This document shows positions 11,348 to 22,253 of a DNA stretch of 64,000 bases, in pieces (within the stretch, counting starts at the first letter, position 1; each line of letters opens with the position of its first letter). Made by a program: the position numbers and the translations under genes. The DNA comes from an uncultured Arcobacter sp. (lineage in GTDB: Bacteria > Campylobacterota > Campylobacteria > Campylobacterales > Arcobacteraceae): assembly GCA_965140705.1 (NCBI GenBank), contig OZ223302.1:480001-544000 (forward strand), in the 5' to 3' direction. Under the pieces are notes generated by a model. That model was not told where the DNA came from. It did not search any database and worked only from the letters and a program-made list of their open reading frames with translations.

Positions 11348-11366
11348 TTGTATACTATATATACAA
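11348..11366. promoter_or_regulatory. Palindromic operator TTGTATA-N5-TATACAA upstream of the regulator-glnD pair
   Basis: ttgtatactatatatacaa, 16 nt before the ATG. Confidence 0.7.
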
Positions 11367-11382
11367 AATTAAGAGGATAATT

Positions 11383-12132
11383 ATGCAAGAATTTATAGCT
11401 TTTTCGGAAATATCTAGAGAAATAAAAAACTCAGCAGAGTTACTGAAGTCTCTAGATATCAATGCGTTAATAACTGGACAAAAGGGTGTAGGTAAAAAAA
11501 GTTTAGCTAAATATATAACACAAGATTCAAATATTTATAGTGCAAAAACTTTACAAGATGATATAACAGATAATGTAATTTCTATTTCAAACTGTACTGT
11601 TATAATTGAAAATATTGATGAGATTACAAATATTGATTTATTTATAAATTGGGTTGAAAATAACTCTATTAAAGTTATAGCAACATCAAAAAAAGATGAG
11701 TTAAATGAAAAGCTCGCAGATATCTTTTCTATAACAATAAATATTCCACCTTTGGATACAAGAAAAGAGGATATAAAACCATTAGCAAATAAATTTGCAA
11801 AAGAAGCGGGTGAGATTTTAGGAATAGATGAAAAACCTTCTAAACTAATAGTAAATACCCATGAAAATGCTTATAGTTTAAGAAAATCAATATTTTTCTC
11901 TTATCTTTTTGAATCAATTGGGGAAAATGAGATTATGATGCTTTTAGAAAACTATATCCTTGATAATATGGATGGAGAAAATGGATATAGAGATTTTGTA
12001 TATTTATTTGAAGCACCACTTCTTCGTGCCTCACAAAAGAAATATAAATCACAAGTTCAAATGGCAAAAAATCTAGGCTTAAATAGAATAACCCTAAGAA
12101 AAAAACTAGAGATGCATAAAGAATTAATATGA
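11383..12132 (+). CDS. Fis/NtrC-type transcriptional regulator with truncated AAA+ domain
   Basis: Walker A-like ITGQKGVGKK, IPPLDTRKEDI, C-terminal HTH SQVQMAKNLGLNRITLRKKL; no receiver domain, no GAFTGA. Confidence 0.8.
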   Translation: MQEFIAFSEISREIKNSAELLKSLDINALITGQKGVGKKSLAKYITQDSNIYSAKTLQDDITDNVISISNCTVIIENIDEITNIDLFINWVENNSIKVIATSKKDELNEKLADIFSITINIPPLDTRKEDIKPLANKFAKEAGEILGIDEKPSKLIVNTHENAYSLRKSIFFSYLFESIGENEIMMLLENYILDNMDGENGYRDFVYLFEAPLLRASQKKYKSQVQMAKNLGLNRITLRKKLEMHKELI

Positions 12133-14663
12133 TAAATGAGATGAATCTGGAAGTTGAAGAACTTATAGAAAAAAATGCTAGCGACTTTCAAATATCTAAG
12201 GTATTTAAAAAATATATACAAAATTATGTAAACTCTATTGATACAAGTATTGATACAAATGGTGGTAAAGATTTTTTTGTACAACATACAAAAGTTACTG
12301 ATAAGTTTTTAATCTCACTTTACAAATATATTCTTAGAAAAAATTTTGGTTCATACCAACCAATGAGTACATCTATCCCAATCTCTATCATTGCTTTAGG
12401 CTCTTATGGAAGAGAACAACTTTGTATTTATTCTGACATAGATTTATTACTTCTATATGAAGATATCAAGGGATATAATGTCAAAGATATAATTCAAGAA
12501 TTTATCACCCTAGCTTGGGATTGTGGATTAAAATTAGGATCTAGGGTTCATGAACTTAATGATGTAGCAGAATCTGTTAAAGAAGATATTACAATCAAAA
12601 CTGCAATCATAGAATCAAGATTGATTTATGGGTCAAAATATTTATGGTTCGGTTATGAAAATGTATTAAACAGAATAAGAAAAACTGACCAACTTCAATT
12701 TATTTTAGAGAAAAAACAAGAGCATATGGATAGACTTCTAAAATATCCTTTAAAGATGGAACCTAACATAAAAGATGGATATGGTGGTATGAGAGAAGCA
12801 AACATGGTTTTTTGGATTGCAAATATAGTTTTTGGAGTTACAAGACTAAGACACCTTATGGATAAAGAGTTTAGTGAAGAAGAGTACAAAAAATATAGAA
12901 TATCTTTAGAGTATATTTTTCAAGTAAGAAATCACTTACATAATATTGCAAAGAAAAAACTTGACACAGTAAATTTTGACATCCTACCAGAATTAAGTAC
13001 TAAACTTGGATTTAAAAATACTCCAAGAAAAACAAAAGAGACTCAAGCTATGAATAAAATTTTTGAGTCTTTACATAATATTCACTTTTTTACAAATATT
13101 TTAACTAAAAAATTCACGCGAGCTTTAGAGTTTAAAAATCAAAATTATGACTTAGTAAGAGAAAATAGATTTAAAAAAAATCTTTTTATCTATGAAGGGA
13201 AAATCTATACTTCTTATTTCAATAAACCAAAAACTTTGACTGCATTTTTAAAAGAACTTATATCTTTACCAATAAGTGTAGAAAGATTTGATCAATCATA
13301 TGTTTATTATGCTAGCAAAACTATCTTGCCGCAAAAACAAACAAAAGAGCACAAATTATTATTAAGAAGACTTCTTTATAAAGAGTCTTTATATCCAATA
13401 ATAAAACTTCTTTACAATGCAAGAATATTTGAATCAATATTCCCTATTACAAAAAAAATAATAAATCAACCACAATTTGATGGCTATCATGAACTTCCTG
13501 TTGATGTACACTCTATAAAAACATTAAAACATCTTACTAATATAAAAGATGAATTTGTAAAAGAGTTATATGAAAGTTTTGATAAAACAGAACAATCAAT
13601 AGTAAAAATTGCAACATTTTTCCATGATGTGGGAAAAGGAAGAATTACAGATCACCATATTGCAGGTGAAAAACTATTTAGAAATATGGCAAATGGACTT
13701 AAATTTAAAGTAGAACATACCCAAGTCATAGCAAAACTAATAAGATATCACAATATGATGAGTAAAGTAGCTACAAGTGAAGATATATACTCTGAAAAGG
13801 TTATTAGAAACTTCTCAGGATTGGTACAAAATAAGAAGTTTCTAGATATGTTATTTGTATTAACTTACGGAGATATTTCAGCAGTTGGAAAAAATATCTA
13901 TAAAAGTTCAACTTCAACTTTATTAAGGGAGTTATACCATCAAACTTTATATGCCTTTGAAAATACTACTCTTTTAACTGAAAGTTCAAGAAGAATTGCA
14001 AAAATAAATAGTATCAAAAAACTAAAACAATATAATGAATTACCTCCAATACTAAAAAAGAAAATAACATATATTGCCTCAAATCAAATCTTCTTACAGC
14101 TTAAAGCTGCTGATATCTTAGATTTAGTACTTAAAGCAAAAGAAGTAGAGACTTATACATATAAAATACTGAATGACAAAGCTCTAACCATAAGAATAAT
14201 AAGAAAAATTCCTTTGAATTTAGGATATTTACTTGGTAAGCTAGAATTTTTAGATATTTCAGTTATGAATATATTTAAACTATTTGATGATAAAAAATGT
14301 TTCGAAATCCAATTTACAGAAAAGGTTGATGATGGCGATTTATTACATATAGAAGAGATTATAAATGCCTCTTTTGATATGAATAAAAAACTAACCCTAA
14401 AACAGCCTATTATTCTAAAAAATGAAGTCGAAGTAAATTGTAATCATACTTCATATTTAGCAAGCATGAGAATACATGCTATAAATCAAAAAGGCTTATT
14501 AGCATATATTACTAAAATCTTTGATGACTTTGGAGTTGAAATTGAGAGTGCAAAACTATCATTAAATAAAAAAAGAGTAAGAGACTTATTTTTGATTGAA
14601 AAGAATGGTAACTTTAGTGTTAACTCTGATAAAATAGTAGATATGATTTGTAGTAACGACTAA
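12129..14663 (+). CDS. glnD: [Protein-PII] uridylyltransferase / uridylyl-removing enzyme
   Basis: ALGSYGREQL..SDIDL NTase motif, EPNIKDGYGGMR, HDVGKG HD domain, C-terminal ACT-like region. Confidence 0.9.
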   Translation: MINEMNLEVEELIEKNASDFQISKVFKKYIQNYVNSIDTSIDTNGGKDFFVQHTKVTDKFLISLYKYILRKNFGSYQPMSTSIPISIIALGSYGREQLCIYSDIDLLLLYEDIKGYNVKDIIQEFITLAWDCGLKLGSRVHELNDVAESVKEDITIKTAIIESRLIYGSKYLWFGYENVLNRIRKTDQLQFILEKKQEHMDRLLKYPLKMEPNIKDGYGGMREANMVFWIANIVFGVTRLRHLMDKEFSEEEYKKYRISLEYIFQVRNHLHNIAKKKLDTVNFDILPELSTKLGFKNTPRKTKETQAMNKIFESLHNIHFFTNILTKKFTRALEFKNQNYDLVRENRFKKNLFIYEGKIYTSYFNKPKTLTAFLKELISLPISVERFDQSYVYYASKTILPQKQTKEHKLLLRRLLYKESLYPIIKLLYNARIFESIFPITKKIINQPQFDGYHELPVDVHSIKTLKHLTNIKDEFVKELYESFDKTEQSIVKIATFFHDVGKGRITDHHIAGEKLFRNMANGLKFKVEHTQVIAKLIRYHNMMSKVATSEDIYSEKVIRNFSGLVQNKKFLDMLFVLTYGDISAVGKNIYKSSTSTLLRELYHQTLYAFENTTLLTESSRRIAKINSIKKLKQYNELPPILKKKITYIASNQIFLQLKAADILDLVLKAKEVETYTYKILNDKALTIRIIRKIPLNLGYLLGKLEFLDISVMNIFKLFDDKKCFEIQFTEKVDDGDLLHIEEIINASFDMNKKLTLKQPIILKNEVEVNCNHTSYLASMRIHAINQKGLLAYITKIFDDFGVEIESAKLSLNKKRVRDLFLIEKNGNFSVNSDKIVDMICSND

Positions 14664-14675
14664 AAATCGCTACTA

Positions 14676-16418
14676 CTAAAAATGTTTATTAATTATCTCT
14701 AAAAACTCTTTTGGATTTTTATATCCAACTATTTTTGAAGCATTTATCTCATTATTATCTTTATCCCAAAAGATTATTCCAGGAGGTCCAATTATGCTAA
14801 ATCTTTTTTGTAACTCTTTATCCTCTTGGTTATTAGCTGTAACATCAGCTTGAAGAAGAGTAAAACCTTTTAGCTTTTGTATAACTTGTTCATCTTTAAA
14901 AGTAGTACTTTCAAACTCTTTACAAGCCACACACCAATCAGCATAAAAGTCTAACATAACTGGTTTATCTGATTTTTTTATTTCAGCTTCTAACTCTTTT
15001 AAATTTTTAATTCTTTTAAATGTAATTCCAGCTTCACTTGCAGAAACAACTTTGCTTGAAGTAAATTTCTCCAAAGGATTTAGCACATTTGTTGCTCCAC
15101 TTACAGCACCAACGAAAGTCAAAACTCCATATATCAAAATAACTAAAGTAATAAGTCTCATTAAAATATGTTCATATAATTTTAAATAAAGTGCTGTTCC
15201 TAAAAACAGTAGTGCCCATAAATACATAGTAATAATTGGCTCAAGTACTCTATCTAACATCCAAATAGCAATAGCTAACATTACTATTCCAAAGATTCTT
15301 GTGATATTTTCCATCCAACCACCAGGTTTTGGCATAAACTTTCCAGCCCCAAGTCCAATTAAAAGTAAAGGAACACCCATTCCAAGGCTTAGCACAAATA
15401 AAGCAGCTCCTCCTAAAAGGGCATTTCCTGTTTGTCCAATATAAACTAAAGCACCAGCAAGTGGTGGAGCAACACAAGGACCTACAATAAGAGCTGATAA
15501 AAATCCCATTATTGCTATTCCAAAGATTCCTTGTTTCTCTTTTCCTTCTGTTGTTTTGTTTATCTTATTTTGAATACTTTGTGGTAATTCTAATTTATAA
15601 TATCCAAACATTGAAAAAGCTAAAGCCACAAAAATAGCTGCAAAAGCACTTAAAACATAAGGATTTTGAAGTGCAACTTGTAAGTTCGCTCCAAAAAGTC
15701 CTGCAATTATTCCAGCAATCGTATAAGCTAAAGACATAGAAATTACATAAACTAATGATAAAAAGAAACCTCTTTTTACACTTAATTGTTCATTTTGTCC
15801 AGCTTTTACAATAATAGAAGACAAAATAGGAATCATAGGGAAAACACAAGGTGTCAAAGATAATAAAAGCCCAAATCCAAAAAATGTAAGCAAAATAATA
15901 AAGAAATTACCATCTTTTAAACTATTTGCAATGGTATCTGTTTCATTTAAATCATTACTACTCTTTGTAAAACTAGTTGAACTAGTAGTACTTTGAGCTA
16001 CAAAATCATCTGGTATTTTCACGAGAGTTGTTTTACTCATAGGAGCATAACAAAGTCCAGCTTTTGAGCAACCTTGGAAGTTTAATTCAATCTCATACTC
16101 TTTTGCATCAACTTTAGATTTTAATAGTGAAAATGGAACATCAATATTTAAATTATGTAAGTAAATTATATACTCTTCATAAGGTATTGGTTTTGGTAAA
16201 ACTAATTCTTTTGTTATATCAATTTCTTGAGGTTTTTTAATTTTAACACTTACTTTATTGGCATATAAATATATCTCTTTACCTAAATCAACATTTATAT
16301 TTAAACTGTTATTTCTAGTTTCAAAACTCTCTTTAAATGCTTCACTAGGAGATAAAAAAGCCTCTTGAGCAGCAAAAAGGTAAATAAAACTAAAAAGTAA
16401 AAAAACTAGTTTTTTCAT
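14676..16418 (-). CDS. dsbD: Thiol:disulfide interchange protein DsbD
   Basis: QGCSKAGLCYAP, LTPCVFPMIP, GPCVAPPL, WCVAC thioredoxin domain. Confidence 0.95.
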   Translation of the reverse strand: MKKLVFLLFSFIYLFAAQEAFLSPSEAFKESFETRNNSLNINVDLGKEIYLYANKVSVKIKKPQEIDITKELVLPKPIPYEEYIIYLHNLNIDVPFSLLKSKVDAKEYEIELNFQGCSKAGLCYAPMSKTTLVKIPDDFVAQSTTSSTSFTKSSNDLNETDTIANSLKDGNFFIILLTFFGFGLLLSLTPCVFPMIPILSSIIVKAGQNEQLSVKRGFFLSLVYVISMSLAYTIAGIIAGLFGANLQVALQNPYVLSAFAAIFVALAFSMFGYYKLELPQSIQNKINKTTEGKEKQGIFGIAIMGFLSALIVGPCVAPPLAGALVYIGQTGNALLGGAALFVLSLGMGVPLLLIGLGAGKFMPKPGGWMENITRIFGIVMLAIAIWMLDRVLEPIITMYLWALLFLGTALYLKLYEHILMRLITLVILIYGVLTFVGAVSGATNVLNPLEKFTSSKVVSASEAGITFKRIKNLKELEAEIKKSDKPVMLDFYADWCVACKEFESTTFKDEQVIQKLKGFTLLQADVTANNQEDKELQKRFSIIGPPGIIFWDKDNNEINASKIVGYKNPKEFLEIINKHF

Positions 16419-16429
16419 CTAATATCCTA

Positions 16430-16795
16430 TTATTTTAATAAATATTTATTAACATTACTATTTATATCACTAACACTTTGTATACCAACGATAGATTTTA
16501 CTATCTTACCATTTTTGATATATAAAACAGTAGGAATACTTTCAACTCCATATTTAGTTACAAGTTCCCTTTGGTCATCAATATCTACTTTATAAATAGT
16601 TACTTCATCTGGTTTAGTATCAGCATATTCATTTATATTTTTACCAACAATTTTACAAGGTGGACACCATGAAGCATAAAAGTCCACAATAACATTTTTA
16701 TCTTTTATTTTTTCTGCCATATTATCTACTGTTAAATGTTCAAATGCAAATAAACTAGTAACAAATAAAGATAATACAATTATAAGTTTTTTCAT
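16430..16795 (-). CDS. Exported thioredoxin-family protein
   Basis: Signal peptide plus DFYASWCPPC. Confidence 0.88.
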   Translation of the reverse strand: MKKLIIVLSLFVTSLFAFEHLTVDNMAEKIKDKNVIVDFYASWCPPCKIVGKNINEYADTKPDEVTIYKVDIDDQRELVTKYGVESIPTVLYIKNGKIVKSIVGIQSVSDINSNVNKYLLK

Positions 16796-16920
16796 ATCAA
16801 TTCCTTTTGTGCAATTATAGTAAAAAAGTGTGTAAATATTGTTTAGTCAATTAACTTTTATATAATACTTTATTATAAGAATTCTTTATGTAAGATTGAA
16901 AAAAATTATTAGGATTTATA

Positions 16921-17277
16921 ATGAATAACATTTTAAAAAATGTCCATCCACAAGACATAGAACCTTTCATAGATGAAAATACACCAATAATAGATATTAG
17001 ACGAAATGATGAGTTTATAACAACTGGAATAATAAAAGGTGCCCATAAATTAACTTTTTTCAATGAATATGGACAACATGACTTAGATACTTGGTTAAAA
17101 GAGTTTAAAAAGATTGTAAAAGATAAAAAAGAAAAATTTATTTTAGTTTGTGCCCATGCAAATAGAACTAGAGTTGTTGGTGATTTTTTAGCAAACAAAT
17201 TATCTTATGAAAATGCTTATCATCTTGAAGGTGGTATGGCTTTATGGATAGAACAAGGTAAAGAAGTAGTTTTTTAA
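16921..17277 (+). CDS. Rhodanese-like domain protein
   Basis: IIDIRRNDEF, LVCAHANR active-site loop, HLEGGMALW. Confidence 0.9.
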   Translation: MNNILKNVHPQDIEPFIDENTPIIDIRRNDEFITTGIIKGAHKLTFFNEYGQHDLDTWLKEFKKIVKDKKEKFILVCAHANRTRVVGDFLANKLSYENAYHLEGGMALWIEQGKEVVF

Positions 17278-17303
17278 AAGAAGCCAAGAATTTTGGCTCT
17301 TTT
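17277..17303. terminator. Bidirectional hairpin terminator between convergent genes
   Basis: aaaagaagccaag-aat-tttggctctttt. Confidence 0.55.
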
Positions 17304-17304
17304 A

Positions 17305-17520
17305 TTATTTTTTAACTTTTTGTAAAACTTCGATTACTTCTTCTAAATTTGCATAAGGAATATGAGATTTCCACTCAACATTTTCACCATTTAGTGAAAT
17401 ACCAATACTAACAACATCATCAGTACCTTTTCCGTAAGGTTCAGTAATATTAGAGATAAATATCTTACCTTTTTTTGTTCCTGCTAATTGAATTTCAGCC
17501 AATTCTGTAGTTGTAGACAT
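17305..17520 (-). CDS. Small hypothetical protein
   Basis: 71 aa, AAGGA RBS upstream, protein-like composition. Confidence 0.75.
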   Translation of the reverse strand: MSTTTELAEIQLAGTKKGKIFISNITEPYGKGTDDVVSIGISLNGENVEWKSHIPYANLEEVIEVLQKVKK

Positions 17521-17602
17521 ATCTTTTCCTTTTATTTGATTTATAACATTTTACAAAAATAAACTTTTATAATGTTAAACTTAGTTATTATAACTTAGTT
17601 TT

Positions 17603-18412
17603 TTATTTTTTACTAATAACTGTACCAAATAAGATTTTTTGATTTGTTAAATTTTTTAGTTTGATACTATCTTTTTCCCAAATCATTACTACTGTTGAGC
17701 CCATTTTAAAGTAACCTAAACATTCACCTTTTTTAATATTTAAATCTTCATATTCGTAAACTTTTATCTCTTTTGCATCAACATTAGTTTCAACAGCACT
17801 TTCAAATTCAAATACCATTTGTCCCACATTTAAAGCCCCAACAAATACCATATAAAAAAGTTTTTTCTTTTTATCAATACATTCTAAAATAACTCTTTCA
17901 TTTTGACAAAATAAATCTATCTCTTTATTTAGATATTTTAAATTTACTGGATAGAGTTTCCCAGGTACATGAATAAGTTTAGTTACACTAAAATCACATG
18001 GAGCATGATATCTATGATAATCTTTTGGAGAAAGATAAAAGTTCATAAAACTTCCATCAAGTACTTTTTCTAAATTATCTTTTTTTATATGATATGTTAA
18101 TAACTCTTCAACATTATATTCCATACCTTTTATTTGTAATAAAGTATCTTTTTTCAAAGCCCCACACTCTGTTATTAAAGAATCAGTTGGTGAAATAACC
18201 AAATCATCATCCAACTCTATTTCCCTTTGAATTGCTAATTCTCTTGTAAATAAATCATTTAAAGACTTATAATATTTAGGGTTTCTAAACTCACTCATAT
18301 CTAAATGGAAACTTTTCACATAAATGCTATTTATAATACTTTGAAAAAAAGAGGGAAACTCTTTCTTTGCAAACTTACCAAAATACTGTGAAATCAAATT
18401 TGTAATATGCAT
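17603..18412 (-). CDS. psd: Phosphatidylserine decarboxylase proenzyme
   Basis: YLSPKDYHRYHAP, VGALNVG, FKMGSTVV autocleavage motif. Confidence 0.95.
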   Translation of the reverse strand: MHITNLISQYFGKFAKKEFPSFFQSIINSIYVKSFHLDMSEFRNPKYYKSLNDLFTRELAIQREIELDDDLVISPTDSLITECGALKKDTLLQIKGMEYNVEELLTYHIKKDNLEKVLDGSFMNFYLSPKDYHRYHAPCDFSVTKLIHVPGKLYPVNLKYLNKEIDLFCQNERVILECIDKKKKLFYMVFVGALNVGQMVFEFESAVETNVDAKEIKVYEYEDLNIKKGECLGYFKMGSTVVMIWEKDSIKLKNLTNQKILFGTVISKK

Positions 18413-18544
18413 TTTAATCCTTATAAAAAATGTATTTTATCTAATTATCACTTGATTTTTAAAATTAATATTTAACTTCTCTTCCTAAGAATAAAAAAAT
18501 CTTAATTTGATAATCTTCCAATAATTAATTTAAAAAGGATAATA

Positions 18545-18799
18545 ATGCATACAATTAAAGTAGAACATGTTTGTGGTTGTTTTAAAAGAAGTGATTTAGA
18601 GAACAATTTACAAATTGAAAATAAAGATGATGCTTTAGTAAAAGCTATGGCAATGGCTACAACAATGAACGAAGATTTCTGTGGTAAACATGATTTCCAA
18701 TTAGTTGAAAATGATAATAATTTTATAATCTCTTTCAAACAAGAGGCTCCAACTAATACTACAAGCGGATGCTGTGGTGGCGGATGTGGTTCACACTAA
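18545..18799 (+). CDS. Small Cys/His-rich putative metal-binding protein
   Basis: HVCGCF, FCGKH, C-terminal GCCGGGCGSH; AAGGA RBS. Confidence 0.75.
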   Translation: MHTIKVEHVCGCFKRSDLENNLQIENKDDALVKAMAMATTMNEDFCGKHDFQLVENDNNFIISFKQEAPTNTTSGCCGGGCGSH

Positions 18800-18811
18800 A
18801 GGTTTTAACCT

Positions 18812-19900
18812 TTAGTTGGGAACTAAAATATATAACTCCCCCGCTTCCTTCATCCTACCAGCATATTTTTCAGCCTCTTTTGCATAACCCCAAAAATAAT
18901 CAGCTCTAATGTCACCTTTAATAGCTCCACCAGTATCTGCTGCAACCATTAGTTGATTTATCTCTTCATTTGTAACTGGATTTTTGGTATTTATAAAAAC
19001 TGGCATCCCAAGTTGTATATATCTTGTATCAACAGCTAATGTTCTTTCAGGCACCAATTCAATTCCTAAACTTCCAGTTGCACCTTGAGATCTTTTTTCA
19101 AAAAATACATAGCTTGGGTTTTTATTCATTACTTCATCAACTTTTTTAGGATTATCTTTAAACCATTTTTTCATACCCTGAATAGAAGCTTTATAGTTTG
19201 AGTTTCCACCTATATAACCTTTTTGTATCATATATTTACCAATAGATTTATACTGTTGTCCATTTTGATTTGCATAACCTACATTTACAATATCACCATT
19301 TGGCAACTCTACTTTTCCAGAACCTTGAATATGTAAAAAATATAAGTCTATTTTATTATCAACATATAATAAAACATCATCTTCTCCATTTTTTACTATT
19401 TTTTTTCTTGAATCGTAAGGAATAACTCTATTTCCTACTAGTTTCCCTCTCAAAGTATATTTCTTAAGTTGAGGATAAATACTTTTTAAATCTACAGTTA
19501 TTAAGTCATCTGGTACTTTATACACAGGATATTTGTATTTATCTGTTTTTGTAAAACTTCCATGTAATAAAGGTTCATAATATCCTGTAATTGTTCCTTT
19601 GTCAGTTCCATCTTTATTGTATAGTTTATATGGAGTGAAATTTTTCTCAAAAAATACTTTTGCATTAGTTGCTTCATTTGCTTTTAAACAAACCTCTTCA
19701 AAAGTCTCTTTTCTAGAACTCTTTGTACAAGCTTTTTTAAAAACATCTAAGGCTAGTGATAAATCATCTTTTTCAAAATCTTTTATATCAGAAAAAGAGA
19801 CCTTTTCTAAGTTTGCCTTTGAATTATCGATTTTTTCAAATTTTGGAGCACATCCAGAAAAAATAGCGATTAATATAGTAATGAATATAAGGTTTTTCAT
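18812..19900 (-). CDS. mltA: Membrane-bound lytic murein transglycosylase A
   Basis: Lipobox FSGC, TGYYEP, HIQGSG, NPSYVFF, DTGGAIKG. Confidence 0.95.
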   Translation of the reverse strand: MKNLIFITILIAIFSGCAPKFEKIDNSKANLEKVSFSDIKDFEKDDLSLALDVFKKACTKSSRKETFEEVCLKANEATNAKVFFEKNFTPYKLYNKDGTDKGTITGYYEPLLHGSFTKTDKYKYPVYKVPDDLITVDLKSIYPQLKKYTLRGKLVGNRVIPYDSRKKIVKNGEDDVLLYVDNKIDLYFLHIQGSGKVELPNGDIVNVGYANQNGQQYKSIGKYMIQKGYIGGNSNYKASIQGMKKWFKDNPKKVDEVMNKNPSYVFFEKRSQGATGSLGIELVPERTLAVDTRYIQLGMPVFINTKNPVTNEEINQLMVAADTGGAIKGDIRADYFWGYAKEAEKYAGRMKEAGELYILVPN

Positions 19901-19962
19901 GATTTAATCTCCTGTCTTGGGATTTTATCAGCTTTAAGTTAATAACAATTTAATTAAAATAT

Positions 19963-20244
19963 TTAATTGATAGAATGAACTTCTTTTAATCCACATGATT
20001 TACAAACATACTCAATCTCTTTTACCCCTGAACAGCCATGATCTTTTAATAATCTTGTAGTGATAATTTCATATTTAAATTTTGTATTTGTTTTTGTATC
20101 AAAAAATTCTTTTGACTTTTCATTGCAAGCGGGACATTGTCCATTGTTAAGTTTTTCTAATCTTGAGGTTTTAGTTTTAAAGTAAAGTAAAATAGAGAAA
20201 GATACTATTAAAAATAGTAAAAGAAGGAAAAGAATAGTTTGCAT
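19963..20244 (-). CDS. Small membrane-anchored zinc-ribbon-like protein
   Basis: N-terminal TM helix, CPAC ... CKSC. Confidence 0.75.
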   Translation of the reverse strand: MQTILFLLLLFLIVSFSILLYFKTKTSRLEKLNNGQCPACNEKSKEFFDTKTNTKFKYEIITTRLLKDHGCSGVKEIEYVCKSCGLKEVHSIN

Positions 20245-20255
20245 GAAGTAGAGAT

Positions 20256-22139
20256 TTACTCTACTTCTGCATCAATAACGTCATCGTCATCTTTTTTAGC
20301 TTTTGCATCTGGTTTTGCTCCAGCTTGATCACCTTCTTTTTTATACATTGCTTCTGCTAATTTATGAGAAACTTCAGTTAAAGCTTTAACTTTTTCTTCA
20401 ATTTGCTCTTTTGTTGCATTTTCATCTTTTAAGATTTCTTCTAATGCAGCTGCTGCGTCAACAATTTTTTTACTCTCTTCTTCAGAAACAGCATCACCAT
20501 TTTCTTCTAAAGTTTTTCTTGTACTATGTAATAAAGCATCAGCTTGGTTTCTAATTTCAATTACTTCTTTTTTCTTAGCATCAGTCTCTTTATTTGCTTC
20601 TGCTTCTTGTACCATTTTTTCGATTTCTTCATCAGATAATCCAGATGAACCAGAAATAGTAATTTTATTTTCTTTACCAGTTCCTTTATCTTTAGCACTT
20701 ACATTTAAAACACCATTTGCATCAATATCAAATGTTACTTCAATTTGAGGTACACCTCTTGGAGCTGCTGGAATGTCAGATAATTCAAACATACCTAAAG
20801 ATTTATTATCTCTTGCAAATTCTCTCTCACCTTGTCCTACGTGAATAGAAACAGCAGGTTGATTATCATCAGCTGTTGAGAACACTTGAGATTTTTTAAC
20901 TGGAATTGTTGTACCTTTTTCAATAAGTTTAGTCATAACTCCACCTAAAGTTTCAATACCAAGTGATAAAGGAGTAACATCTAATAATAATACATCTTTA
21001 ACATCACCTTTTAATACACCAGCTTGAACAGCAGCACCAGCAGCAACAACTTCATCTGGGTTTACACCTTTATTTAAATCTTTTCCAAAGAATTCTTTAA
21101 CTACAGAGTTAGCTTTTGGTAATCTTGTAGATCCACCAACCATAATGATTTCTTGGATTTCACCTTTTTCTAAACCTGCATCTTTAAGAGCTGTTTTAAT
21201 ATGGTCTAATGTTTCTTTGATTAAATCTTCAGTCATAGACTCAAATTTTGCTCTTGTTAATGATTTAACTAAGTGAACTGGTCCTGCATTTCCCATAGAG
21301 ATAAATGGTAAGTTGATTTCTGTTGATTCAGCAGAAGATAACTCTTTTTTAGCATTTTCAGCTGCATCTTTTAATCTTTGTAATGCCATTTTATCAGTTT
21401 TAATATCAAAACCATTTTCATCTTTGAACTCTTTTGCTAACCAATCAATAATTCTATTATCGAAGTCATCTCCACCTAAGAATGCATTACCATCAGTTGA
21501 AAGAACCTCAAATGTACCATCACCAATTTCTAATACAGTAACGTCAAATGTACCACCACCTAAATCGTATACAAGTACTTTTTCTTCACCTTTTTTATCT
21601 AAACCATAAGCTAATGAAGCTGCTGTTGGCTCATTGATAATTCTAAGTACATTAAGTCCTGCAATTGTTCCTGCTTCTTGAGTTGCTTTTCTTTGTGCAT
21701 CATTGAAGTATGCAGGCACTGTAATAACAGCATCAGTTACAGCTGTTCCTAGATATTCTTCTGCATCAGCTTTTAATTTACCAAGAATTTTAGCTGAGAT
21801 TTCTTGAGGAGTATAAACTTTTCCACCAATTTCAACAGCTGCAGCACCATTTCTATTAACGATTTTATATCCTACTTTTTCTTGTGCTTCTTTAGCATTT
21901 TCTTCATCCATCATAAGACCCATAATTCTTTTTACAGAATAAATAGTTTTTTCTGGATTTGTAATCGCTTGTCTTTTTGCTGGATCACCAACTAAAACTT
22001 CACCTTTATCTGTAAAAGCAACGATTGATGGAGTTGTGTTTTTCCCTTCTTTATTTGAGATAACTTTTGCTTCACCATTTTCGTAAACTGCCATACAAGA
22101 GTTTGTTGTTCCTAAATCTATTCCAATAACTTTTCCCAT
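20256..22139 (-). CDS. dnaK: Chaperone DnaK (Hsp70)
   Basis: [18 protein letters not shown]-terminal DAEVE. Confidence 0.99.
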   Translation of the reverse strand: MGKVIGIDLGTTNSCMAVYENGEAKVISNKEGKNTTPSIVAFTDKGEVLVGDPAKRQAITNPEKTIYSVKRIMGLMMDEENAKEAQEKVGYKIVNRNGAAAVEIGGKVYTPQEISAKILGKLKADAEEYLGTAVTDAVITVPAYFNDAQRKATQEAGTIAGLNVLRIINEPTAASLAYGLDKKGEEKVLVYDLGGGTFDVTVLEIGDGTFEVLSTDGNAFLGGDDFDNRIIDWLAKEFKDENGFDIKTDKMALQRLKDAAENAKKELSSAESTEINLPFISMGNAGPVHLVKSLTRAKFESMTEDLIKETLDHIKTALKDAGLEKGEIQEIIMVGGSTRLPKANSVVKEFFGKDLNKGVNPDEVVAAGAAVQAGVLKGDVKDVLLLDVTPLSLGIETLGGVMTKLIEKGTTIPVKKSQVFSTADDNQPAVSIHVGQGEREFARDNKSLGMFELSDIPAAPRGVPQIEVTFDIDANGVLNVSAKDKGTGKENKITISGSSGLSDEEIEKMVQEAEANKETDAKKKEVIEIRNQADALLHSTRKTLEENGDAVSEEESKKIVDAAAALEEILKDENATKEQIEEKVKALTEVSHKLAEAMYKKEGDQAGAKPDAKAKKDDDDVIDAEVE

Positions 22140-22253
22140 TTTATATCCTTATCATTTTTATTATTAAATTTTAAATTCAATTAATAGTTTTCTGACATTG
22201 CGGTCAATGATGCTTTGCATCAAATGAAAAATTTTCTAACTATTCTTCTTACT

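Noticed and set aside
18505..18530. Fur-box-like GATAAT sequence upstream of the Cys-rich protein
   Set aside because: Only one half-site matches; not distinguishable from AT-rich background
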